The notes below the pieces were generated by a model, which saw nothing but the letters and a program-made list of their open reading frames with translations, ran no database searches and was not told the DNA's origin. From a virus (Duplodnaviria; Caudoviricetes), in IMG/VR virus record IMGVR_UViG_3300025894_000066, positions 1-24,122 of that record: a DNA stretch of 24,122 nt; one strand, written 5' to 3'. Both the position numbers and the translations under genes were made by a program. Shown piece by piece: positions 16,501 through 24,122 of the stretch. Every line of letters starts with the position of its first letter. The stretch's first letter is position 1.

Positions 16501-19500
16501 AAATGGTGAGATTAATGCACAAGCAACTAATTATTTTGAAAATTTTAAAGAAAAAGAAGGTACATTTTACGATAGAGTAAACAGTAGTAGAGATGGTGAT
16601 AACTGGGGAATACCTAATGATATATTTACACAAACAAAAGGTTTGCCAGCAGATTACTCTACTAATGCGGCCGCATGGAAAGGATTATTTAACTCATCAA
16701 GAGGTTTAGATTTAATTGATCTTGTAGAACTATACAAAGTATTTGTTAAAAAATCACCAGAAGTAAGAAACTTACCAGAAGGTTTAAATGGTTATTTCCA
16801 ATTTAAAGGAAAGAAATCACCTAGAATAGTTATTAACGAAGCATTACAAAAAAACCCAGAACAATTTATGATGACGTTTGCGCATGAATTGGGTCATTTA
16901 ATTGATTATTTACCTAACGGTACTTTAAGTAGAGGTAACATATTAGGTTCAATAGCTACATTAAAAGGCTATATGAATAAATGGATTGACGGTAAAAATG
17001 AAGGCGCAAAACCATTTAGTGCAAAAGAAATAGAGGCAATGAAAAAAGCCGCTATAAAAGAAGCTAAAGAAAAACAAAAAGAAGTTAAAGTAGATTTAGA
17101 AAAATTAGAAATTACACCAGAAACAGTATTACAAATATTTAGAGATGCTGGTGCTAGAGAAAAAATTAATCCAGATTTTTATAATGCATTTGTTAAGTTA
17201 GATGGTGCTGTTAAAAAATTAGTAGTTAGAGATGCATTAAAAGGATTAATGTCAAATCATCTAAAAGCTATTGCAGATAAAATTAATGGTAAACCTAGTG
17301 ATAGTAGATTAACTAATGAAGCATACAAAATCTTTGCTAAAAACTTTGAAAGAGGTTTAAAAGAAAGAAACCTAGTAAACAAAGAATGGATTACAAGTGA
17401 ATTAAAAAGTCTATCAGCTAAATGGAAACCATTTGATAGAAGTGCTAGAGCAGATTACACAGCATATAGAGATGGCCCAAGAGAACTAATGGCTGATTTT
17501 ATGATGGCGTTTATGTTAAGACCACAATGGGTTAAAAACAATGCACCTAGAACTTGGGAAATGTGGATGCATTATATGCACGCTAGACCAGAAGTTAAAG
17601 CAAACTGGGAAAGAATACAAATAGATTTAAAATCTGGATCAGACAAAAGATTAGGTAAAGTAGTTTCAGACATAAGTAATATGTTTAGAGAAACTAATGA
17701 CTTAATGATTGAAAGAATAGAAAAAGATTACACACCTTCTAAAGCAGATATTTTAGGTACAGAAGCAATAGATAACTTTTATTGGATATACAGAAGATTT
17801 AAAGGAACTGGTAATGAAAGATGGCATAGTCCATTAGCAAAAGAATTAAATTGGTCTATTGAAAACTATAGATACCGTCATGCTAAATTAAAAAGATATA
17901 CAGAAGATATGATTAACAAAGTTGTTAAGCCAGCAGAAGAATTGGGATACAACTCAATTGATCTTGGTACTGCATTATTTTTAAGAAACATAGCTGAAAG
18001 TTCTCAAAGAAATAAATTAGTAAATGCATTAGGTATTATGAAAGTTAATCCAGAATTAGCTAAAAAATTAGGTGATAGAACTGCTAAAGAAGTTTATGAC
18101 TATTATGCAAAAATGCATCCAGATTTAATAAATCTAACAAATGAATTTTACAAAGTTAGACAGGAAATGGTTATTCCAGAATTAAAAGAAAGTGGAATGT
18201 ATAGTGCAGAATTAATAGCTAAATTAGAAAACAATAAAGAATACGTAACTTTCAATGTAAGAAAATACTTACTTGAACGTATAGAAAAATATGGGCCAAA
18301 CTCAAGTGCTACAAGATTTTTAAAAGGTTCTAAAGGTTCGTTTGATGACATTATGAATGTATTTAATGCAACACTTGAAAAAGATATGTTGTTATTAGTT
18401 GAAGCTAAAAGACATAGAACAATGGCATTAACTATTAAATGGTTAAAAGAAAACAAACATTGGATGGAACGATATGGTAAAAAACCTTTTGAGCCATCTG
18501 ATAGAATTATTTATAAACCTAAATTTGTTGGAGAAGGTAAATTAGAAAAACCCGCTAAAGGCATGGAACAATTTAGTTATATGAAAGATGGTAAGATGCA
18601 ACATTGGCACGTAAATAAATTTGTTGCACAATCATTTAAAGAAAATCCTAATGGTACATTTTATATGTACAAATTAATGACACAAACTGGTGATGTATTT
18701 AGAAAACTATTTACTGAATATAATCCTGCTTTCTGGCCAATCAACTTGGGTAGAGATTTAAACAGATCAGTTAAATTATTAAAAAATGCTAGATATATTG
18801 ATATAGCTGGAAAAGGTAAAAATTCATTACTTAAATATTATTTCCAAGCAATAAAACCTGCTTATAAATCTATTTTTAAAGATGGTACTGAATTGACTAG
18901 ATGGATGGAAAATGAAGGTTTTTTAATATCTATGAATGAAGGTTATAGAGGTCAAGCTGGAAGTAAAGCATTATTAAAAGATAAAGACCCAGATACATAT
19001 GCGCTTGAAAAATTACTAGGTGATCTAAATAAGAAAAAAGGTTTTGACAAATATTGGAGTTCAACATTTGGATATTTATTTGAAAGTCTTGGTAACTTTG
19101 CAAGAATGTTTGAAAGAACACCTAAAATTGCAGGTGCAATGTTTTTAAAAGATCAAATTAAAAGAGGTGAATTAAAAATGACTGATAAAGAAATGATGTT
19201 AAGAGTTCAATCAGAAGTAGGATCACCAAACTTTTTAAGACAAGGTAAATTAAACGCATTAACTAATAATTTATATTTATACTCTAACGCATTTAAAGAA
19301 GGTTGGAGAGCAGATATAACTAGATTTAAAGAAGCACCTGTATCAGTTGGTAGTAAATTTGTAGCATACAATGTAATTCCTAAAATATTACAAAAATCTA
19401 TGGAAATAGGATTATTTGGTGTTGGTTTAGGTGCAGTTTATAAATATGGTATTTCTGATTGGGATAAAATAAATTACATTCCAATAGTATTAGGTGAAAC

Positions 19501-20317
19501 ACCAGATGGCAGACCAATATATTTAAGAATACCACAAGATGAAACATCAAGATTAATTAATGGTATTTTATACAAAGCAATGAGTATTGGTGATGATGGT
19601 AAAGTTGGTTCATTAGAAACACCTGCTGATTTATTTGGTTATGTAGGATCATCTGGATTACCATCTATGAACCCTGTATTTAGTTTGTTTGCTGATTTAA
19701 TAGGATGGATGAATGGTACTACTCCATATGATGATTTTAGAGGTACAACTGCAATTGATAAAACAACTGATAAAGCAGATGATGCTAGAAAAAACAAAGA
19801 AATATTAAAATGGTTCTTTAATACTTATTCTGGTCAAGGTGTATATAAATTTAAAAGTAATGATTTAAAAGAAGTTACAAATGAATTAGAAAAAGTATTA
19901 GATATACCAGTTATAGGTAGAGTATTAGGTAGATGGGTTAAAATAGGTCAACATCCAGCTATAGGATTTATGGAAAAATCAGAAGGTGGTATTGAACAAT
20001 TTGAAAAAGAAAATGCACAAATAACACTTGATTACAAAGAAGCTGTAGCAAATTTAGTTACAGGAGAACCTTTAACAGATAAACATAAATTGGCTTTAAT
20101 GGTTAGAGGTGAAAGATTAAAGACAAATAAACTACTAATAGAAAGATTATCTCAACAAGCTGGCGGTACTGTATTATTACAAGAAATATTAAGTGAAAAT
20201 GATAGTAAAAAACTAGCTATTAAGATAATGAAGTTGATTGAATTTATTGAAAAAACTGATAATGAGTATCCTATTAACTTTATTAAAAAGGAAAAATCTG
20301 ATAAAATAGAAGAATAA
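13550..20317 (+). CDS. Giant internal virion / polyvalent protein (lysozyme-like transglycosylase motif, HEXXH zincin motif, LPD38-like C-terminus)
   Basis: 2255 aa; ALES...AAGLFQF (E265), Gly/Ala-rich hydrophobic helices, FAHELGH (H1112) and WDKINY..IYLRIPQ near the C-terminus. Confidence 0.78.
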   Translation: MKITALQLSQAGFDNDTIKSYVDNQVPLLEKAGFSKNEIYKSYGITQVQNTPLHDFHMMEDTTAITDNSMTIGQKSSLMKTQDQENANTINSSKTSDAKYNLKNTTFDLLKNEDQAKIVEKIGEAYKLFKEDDEGRIGFIDNWMENYYPNIAYEKKNFMNNPELSLAESALNDEQVKMIDGLTAKDKISGNLGFIEEEGRYVFDQNFVEAEKERKFNEKINVLHTAFSTGQNTLSLLEYTKQNYGFNDMQNMYLNEFMSFVSALESDNKNIYNADGSAAGLFQFRKSGFRTAINRFNNIMTRMNPNYELPNWVQDALVHQDPTRLSPDEQKALALANFLEMPASTKFNRAGSDALLKAIADGDVDAMKELYIKYHHADYEKVPDIEAGDGQEYRLVDNEALRDRTDKYFSKWGTDNYEYQTAQLAYWGNDNIVTKALEKLPANAGDKLLNAFGGKGYYNVFTNGYEQSVNGVMDRYYQVFIDDPNADPYEAIQKVFMYQEQRFDKDIISAATTLVNDLPYMVTGCFAAAGTAIVGSLGTSAPATPVICGAGGFALPEVMRSSYMRAIEDNYVGSFSEFLSHYMDKKTAVVAGKSAVIGGATFGVGAKVKAVTGSTTARLASEIAVMTTLGAAMEGHVPTLKDFAHATVLVFGVHGSIRGMSVFKDIYSQYSRHPRDVIKDMESDVSIRVAIENGEIPSVYKQGSETVIKGLEKQADIKLLPPPKFKNNETVNISTSSTEVAKVKGKETIGSESVIIVEKPNGATIPVLESQVRKAPTKPVEVIIEGDKIFINLKKDNSFKERKENGEFAADIVELVKDAEGVFRETNFKSTPQAVVRETGSSTKVVTLDGKTIANESITIQSKFYPELTKLFNKNQTKKTEYKNAKDFINNERGQISSRNKKAEILFALEAGGKSKFPVDTLIVRVGNENVAINRSAYEQLIKFTENGQVKTAQVMGAGKDSPILFLHPETNKILATIKPEKIQNGEINAQATNYFENFKEKEGTFYDRVNSSRDGDNWGIPNDIFTQTKGLPADYSTNAAAWKGLFNSSRGLDLIDLVELYKVFVKKSPEVRNLPEGLNGYFQFKGKKSPRIVINEALQKNPEQFMMTFAHELGHLIDYLPNGTLSRGNILGSIATLKGYMNKWIDGKNEGAKPFSAKEIEAMKKAAIKEAKEKQKEVKVDLEKLEITPETVLQIFRDAGAREKINPDFYNAFVKLDGAVKKLVVRDALKGLMSNHLKAIADKINGKPSDSRLTNEAYKIFAKNFERGLKERNLVNKEWITSELKSLSAKWKPFDRSARADYTAYRDGPRELMADFMMAFMLRPQWVKNNAPRTWEMWMHYMHARPEVKANWERIQIDLKSGSDKRLGKVVSDISNMFRETNDLMIERIEKDYTPSKADILGTEAIDNFYWIYRRFKGTGNERWHSPLAKELNWSIENYRYRHAKLKRYTEDMINKVVKPAEELGYNSIDLGTALFLRNIAESSQRNKLVNALGIMKVNPELAKKLGDRTAKEVYDYYAKMHPDLINLTNEFYKVRQEMVIPELKESGMYSAELIAKLENNKEYVTFNVRKYLLERIEKYGPNSSATRFLKGSKGSFDDIMNVFNATLEKDMLLLVEAKRHRTMALTIKWLKENKHWMERYGKKPFEPSDRIIYKPKFVGEGKLEKPAKGMEQFSYMKDGKMQHWHVNKFVAQSFKENPNGTFYMYKLMTQTGDVFRKLFTEYNPAFWPINLGRDLNRSVKLLKNARYIDIAGKGKNSLLKYYFQAIKPAYKSIFKDGTELTRWMENEGFLISMNEGYRGQAGSKALLKDKDPDTYALEKLLGDLNKKKGFDKYWSSTFGYLFESLGNFARMFERTPKIAGAMFLKDQIKRGELKMTDKEMMLRVQSEVGSPNFLRQGKLNALTNNLYLYSNAFKEGWRADITRFKEAPVSVGSKFVAYNVIPKILQKSMEIGLFGVGLGAVYKYGISDWDKINYIPIVLGETPDGRPIYLRIPQDETSRLINGILYKAMSIGDDGKVGSLETPADLFGYVGSSGLPSMNPVFSLFADLIGWMNGTTPYDDFRGTTAIDKTTDKADDARKNKEILKWFFNTYSGQGVYKFKSNDLKEVTNELEKVLDIPVIGRVLGRWVKIGQHPAIGFMEKSEGGIEQFEKENAQITLDYKEAVANLVTGEPLTDKHKLALMVRGERLKTNKLLIERLSQQAGGTVLLQEILSENDSKKLAIKIMKLIEFIEKTDNEYPINFIKKEKSDKIEE

Positions 20318-20318
20318 T

Positions 20319-22379
20319 ATGACTATTAGTACAACGATTATAAAAAATTCTTATTCTGGTAATGCTTCCCAAACAGTATTTCCTTACACTTTTAAGATAA
20401 GTGTAGATGCTGATATACAAGTTATTTTAAGATCAGCATTAGGTACAGAAACAGTAAAAGCAATATCTACAGATTATACAGTTAGTGGTGCAGGTGATGC
20501 AAATGGTGGTAATGTTACTATGGTTGTTGCACCAGCAAGCGGTGAAACACTTGTTATTAGACGTGCTACAGTACAAACTCAAACTATTGATCTTGTTGAA
20601 AACGATCCTTTCTCTGCTGAAACAGTAGAAGGTGGATTTGATAAATCAGTTTCATTAGTACAAGAAATTCAAGAAGAAGCAGATAGAGCAATTAAACTAT
20701 CAAGAACAAATACAATGGCCTCAACTGAATTTACAGTTGATGCAGTTAATAGAGCAGGTAAAATTTTAGGATTTGATAATGCTGGTGAACTTGTTGTATC
20801 ACAAGAATTAGGGTCATTTAGAGGTAATTGGACAACAGGAACTACTTATGCCGCTAGAGATATTGTAAAAGATACTTCTAACAATAACATTTATTTATGT
20901 AATACAGGTCACGTAGCATCTGGATCACAACCTATTTCAAGTAACACAGATGTTGCTAAATGGGATTTATTAGTTGACGCTTATTCTGCAACTGCATCTG
21001 CTACTGCGGCCGCTTCAAGTGCTAGTGCGGCTTCTACATCAGAAACGAATGCGGCAACGTCTGCAACTACTGCAACTACTCAAGCTGGAATTTCAACTAC
21101 ACAAGCTGGTATATCAACTACTCAAGCTACTGCATCTGCGGCTAGTGCTACTGCGGCTCAAACTGCTCAAACTGCGGCAGAAGCGGCATTAGATAATTTT
21201 GATGACAAATTTTTAGGTGCTAAAGCATCTGACCCTACATTAGATAATGATGGTGATGCATTAACAGACGGTGCATTATATTTTAATACTACAGATGATG
21301 TTATGAAAGTTTACGACTTGACTAACACTACATGGAGGCAAATACAATTATCAACATCAGACCAAGCAAATGTAAATACAGTTGCGGCTGATTTATCTGG
21401 TTCAAACACAATAGGAACTGTTGCTGGATCAATTGCTAACGTAAACACAACAGCAACTAACATAGCAAATATAAACACAACTGCTGGAATAGATACTGAA
21501 ATTACAAATGTATCTGGAATAAGTGCGGCAATATCTGCTGTTAATTCAAATTCAAGCAACATAAATGCAGTTAATGCAAACAGTACGAATATAAATTTAG
21601 TAGCGGCAAATGATACTAACGTAACAAATGTTGGAACTAATATATCTTCAATTACAACTGCGGCAAACAACCTTGCAGAGATTAATGCTTTTGCAAATAT
21701 CTATCTTGGCCCAAGTGCTACAGCACCTACGCAAGACCCAGATGGTTCAGCATTAGATGTAGGTGATTTATATTTTGATACTGCATCACAAACTATGAAA
21801 GTTTACTCATCAAGTGGGTGGACTGCGGCAGGTTCAAGTGTAAATGGTACTGCTAGTAGATATACGTATTCAATATCATCATCAACTACTACTGTAACAG
21901 GTGCGGATAATTATGGTCAAACTATGGCATATGATGCTGGTTATCTTGATGTATATCTAAATGGTGTAAAACAAGTAAATGGAGTTGATGTTACTGTTAC
22001 ATCTGGAACTTCTATTGTTTTTGCTACTGCAATAGGTACAGTTGGAACTGATACTGTAGATGTTATTGCATATGGAACATTTAATTTAGCTAATTTTAGT
22101 GTTAATGATGCAACTGATGTATCAACTGCTGGTATTACAGATGGTCAAGTATTAACTTGGAATGCATCTGGTAGTTCATTTGTAGCAGGAAATGCTAGTA
22201 GTGCAGAAGTATATGGATTTAGTGTTAATGGTAATGGTGAGTTAATAGTAACTACTACAGGTGGCGGTGCAGACAATATAGATGAGGCTACTTATGCTTC
22301 ATTTGATGATGTTTTGTTTGCGGCATCTGGCTTTACTTTTAGCATTGATAGTAATGGTAATTTAATCTCAACAATTTAA
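20319..22379 (+). CDS. Tail fibre protein with T7 gp17-like N-terminal anchor
   Basis: YSGNASQTVFPYTF..DYTVSG..LVIRR N-terminal domain, Ala/Thr/Ser-rich shaft, duplicated GxLYFxT..MKVY modules and LDVYLNGVK. Confidence 0.88.
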   Translation: MTISTTIIKNSYSGNASQTVFPYTFKISVDADIQVILRSALGTETVKAISTDYTVSGAGDANGGNVTMVVAPASGETLVIRRATVQTQTIDLVENDPFSAETVEGGFDKSVSLVQEIQEEADRAIKLSRTNTMASTEFTVDAVNRAGKILGFDNAGELVVSQELGSFRGNWTTGTTYAARDIVKDTSNNNIYLCNTGHVASGSQPISSNTDVAKWDLLVDAYSATASATAAASSASAASTSETNAATSATTATTQAGISTTQAGISTTQATASAASATAAQTAQTAAEAALDNFDDKFLGAKASDPTLDNDGDALTDGALYFNTTDDVMKVYDLTNTTWRQIQLSTSDQANVNTVAADLSGSNTIGTVAGSIANVNTTATNIANINTTAGIDTEITNVSGISAAISAVNSNSSNINAVNANSTNINLVAANDTNVTNVGTNISSITTAANNLAEINAFANIYLGPSATAPTQDPDGSALDVGDLYFDTASQTMKVYSSSGWTAAGSSVNGTASRYTYSISSSTTTVTGADNYGQTMAYDAGYLDVYLNGVKQVNGVDVTVTSGTSIVFATAIGTVGTDTVDVIAYGTFNLANFSVNDATDVSTAGITDGQVLTWNASGSSFVAGNASSAEVYGFSVNGNGELIVTTTGGGADNIDEATYASFDDVLFAASGFTFSIDSNGNLISTI
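21076..21128 (+). repeat. Imperfect 21-bp in-frame repeat encoding TTQAGIS x2.5
   Basis: actactcaagctggaatttca / actacacaagctggtatatca / actactcaagc. Confidence 0.8.
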
Positions 22380-22417
22380 TTGAAACAAAAACAAAAATAG
22401 GATAAAAGGAGAACAAT

Positions 22418-23236
22418 ATGGCAACAATTAATTTAGGTTCTATAAAATTTAACTGGAAAGGTGTTTATGCAGGTGGTACTGCTTATGCAGTAGATGACGT
22501 TGTATCGTACAATGGATCATCATATGTTTGTATTCTAGCATCAACTGGTAACTTACCAACTAACGGAACTTATTTTTCAGTAATGTCACAAGCTGGTACA
22601 GATGGTACAGACGTTGGAACAACTTTAACAACACAAGGTGATATACTTTACAGAGATGGAAGTGGATTACAAAGACTTGGTGCAGGAACAAGTGGACAAG
22701 CATTAATTACAGGGGGTACTGGTGCTAACCCATCATGGGGTTCAGCAGGTGGATTAGTTCAACTTAAAGCAGTAGAAAAATCTAACACTCAATCTTGGCA
22801 AAATACTAATGAAAATGAAATTACAGGTCTTAATGTTTCAATAACACCAAGTAGTGCCAGTAATAAAATATTAGTTGTAGGTCAATTATGGACTTCACAA
22901 GACACTAGCACAGTAACAGCTTTTAATGCATTAAAAAGAAGTATTGATGGTGGTACTTATGCTACTATTGGTAATCACTCTAGTGATGGTTCAGACAACA
23001 CTAAAGCAACTGGTCATGGTGGTACATATTCTGGTAATTGGAATTTAATGAATACCTCTGTTAGCTTTCTTGACAATCCTAACACAACCAATTCTATAAA
23101 TTACAAATGGTATATGAGAAGTGAAGACAGTAGTGGAGCAACTTATATTAATAGAACTGCAAGAAACAATACACAATTTCACCCAAGACTTATGTCAACA
23201 ATAACACTAATGGAAATAGACGCAGGAGTATTATAA
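22418..23236 (+). CDS. Secondary tail fibre / receptor-binding protein
   Basis: AAGGAG SD; WKGVY..YAVDDVVSYNGSSYVC (CBM5/12-like) module, TTQGDILYRD..RLGAGTSGQAL linker and a beta-rich ITPSSASNKILV...TITLMEI head. Confidence 0.75.
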   Translation: MATINLGSIKFNWKGVYAGGTAYAVDDVVSYNGSSYVCILASTGNLPTNGTYFSVMSQAGTDGTDVGTTLTTQGDILYRDGSGLQRLGAGTSGQALITGGTGANPSWGSAGGLVQLKAVEKSNTQSWQNTNENEITGLNVSITPSSASNKILVVGQLWTSQDTSTVTAFNALKRSIDGGTYATIGNHSSDGSDNTKATGHGGTYSGNWNLMNTSVSFLDNPNTTNSINYKWYMRSEDSSGATYINRTARNNTQFHPRLMSTITLMEIDAGVL

Positions 23237-23238
23237 TT

Positions 23239-23499
23239 ATGAAACACGAAGCAATATATAATCTTTATTCAAATGTATATACTATTATAGAAGATAATGA
23301 TGGTAATCTAGTTGCCAAAGAAGAAAATGGAAATGAAATTACTATTGATATGTCAGCAGTTAATACAAAAGCTACTGAACTTCAAACAATAGAAGATGCT
23401 AAAGTACAAGCTAAAGCAGATAATAAAGCTAGTGCTAAAGCAAAGTTAATTGCAGGAGAAGCATTAACTGAAGATGAAGCTAACACGATAGTACTATAG
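23239..23499 (+). CDS. Small protein following the fibre gene; possible fibre-assembly chaperone
   Basis: AGGAG SD; 86 aa; function inferred from position only. Confidence 0.6.
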   Translation: MKHEAIYNLYSNVYTIIEDNDGNLVAKEENGNEITIDMSAVNTKATELQTIEDAKVQAKADNKASAKAKLIAGEALTEDEANTIVL

Positions 23500-23509
23500 G
23501 TAAAATCCT

Positions 23510-24122
23510 ATGACTAAAGCAAGAGATATAGCTACAGTTTACACTACAGCAAACACAGCTAACAACTTTGTTAAGACAGATGGTTCTAATCAATTACCTG
23601 CTTTAGATGGTTCAAATCTTACAGGTGTTGCAGAAACAAAACCTACTATCAGTTCTATCTCACCAACTACAATAGATAATTCACAAGCAACTATTACAAT
23701 TACAGGTGCTAATTTTGAGAGTATTCCTCAAGTAGAATTTTTAAATCCTTCAACTGGTATTTGGTATGTTGCTAGTACAGTTACATTTAATAACTCTACA
23801 TCTTTAACAGCAGTAGTTACTTTATCAGTAGATGCTCAATATAAAATTAGAATAGAAAATCCAAATGGTTTAGCTGTACAATCTGGAACAATACTTACAG
23901 TTTCAGATGCACCTACATGGAATACTGCGGCTGGTGATCTTGGTACATTTGCAGGAGATTTCTCTGGAACACTTGCAACACTTTCAGCTACATCAGATAG
24001 TGCAATAACTTATTCTGAAGTAGGAAGTAATCTTACTACAGCTAATGTTACTTTAAATACTTCAACAGGTGCTTTGACTACAACTGACTTTGGTGGTACA
24101 AGCACAACAGCAACAACATACA
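23510..24122 (+). CDS. Ig-like (IPT/TIG) domain virion protein, truncated at window end (MTKARDIATVY...KPTISSISPTTIDNSQATITITGANF...)
   Basis: Manual translation, open to the end of the window; PTISSISP..ITITGANF is an IPT/TIG signature, followed by APTW..LNTSTGAL resembling a second Ig-like repeat. Confidence 0.82.
   Translation, partial: MTKARDIATVYTTANTANNFVKTDGSNQLPALDGSNLTGVAETKPTISSISPTTIDNSQATITITGANFESIPQVEFLNPSTGIWYVASTVTFNNSTSLTAVVTLSVDAQYKIRIENPNGLAVQSGTILTVSDAPTWNTAAGDLGTFAGDFSGTLATLSATSDSAITYSEVGSNLTTANVTLNTSTGALTTTDFGGTSTTATTY

Noticed and set aside
1900-21670. ORF-track entries nested in or antisense to real genes (1900..2229, 2658..2840, 2786..2995, 4072..4371, 9815..10018, 10148..10363, 12548..12736, 18148..18456, 18930..19121, 20974..21192, 21311..21670)
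   Set aside because: Shadow frames of well-supported genes; Leu/Phe-rich compositions typical of off-frame reading; no recognisable motifs.
22418-24122. Diversity-generating retroelement, as in BPP-1
   Set aside because: No reverse transcriptase and no template/variable repeat pair differing at adenines seen in the window.
1-24122. Alternative genetic code, introns or inteins
   Set aside because: All long genes are intact under code 11 with TAA, TAG and TGA used as stops; terL and portal are of normal length with no intein motifs.

Overview
This window is an AT-rich (about one-third GC by eye) fragment of a tailed dsDNA phage with podovirus gene content. Gene order and protein families resemble BPP-1/HTVC010P-type phages, most likely a marine phage of an alphaproteobacterial (SAR11-like) host; the host is an inference. 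Positions 1-815 hold a leftward, translationally coupled string of small early-type genes (DUF3846-like protein, two hydrophobic micro-proteins, two unknowns). After a divergent promoter region, the + strand carries terS, a GC-rich non-coding island, a small basic ORF and terL. Next come two paralogous small proteins flanking a GNAT acetyltransferase, a Lys-rich peptide, portal, a Bbp19-like protein, scaffold, and a structured leader before the major capsid gene. The tail region has tubular proteins A and B, internal virion proteins (including a 2255-aa polyvalent protein) and a tail-fibre cluster running off the right end. The most notable signals are: (1) near-total avoidance of GCWGC, GGWCC and GANTC (probably also CCNGG/CTNAG), visible in codon choice; (2) the same palindrome ATTAAC-N4-GTTAAT at an early and a late promoter; (3) a duplicated GNRA-capped C/AYAA internal-loop hairpin in the capsid leader; (4) a repeat-rich, G-tract-containing island between terS and terL; (5) several sub-60-aa genes missed by the ORF track. 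All counts are by eye; no database searches were run.
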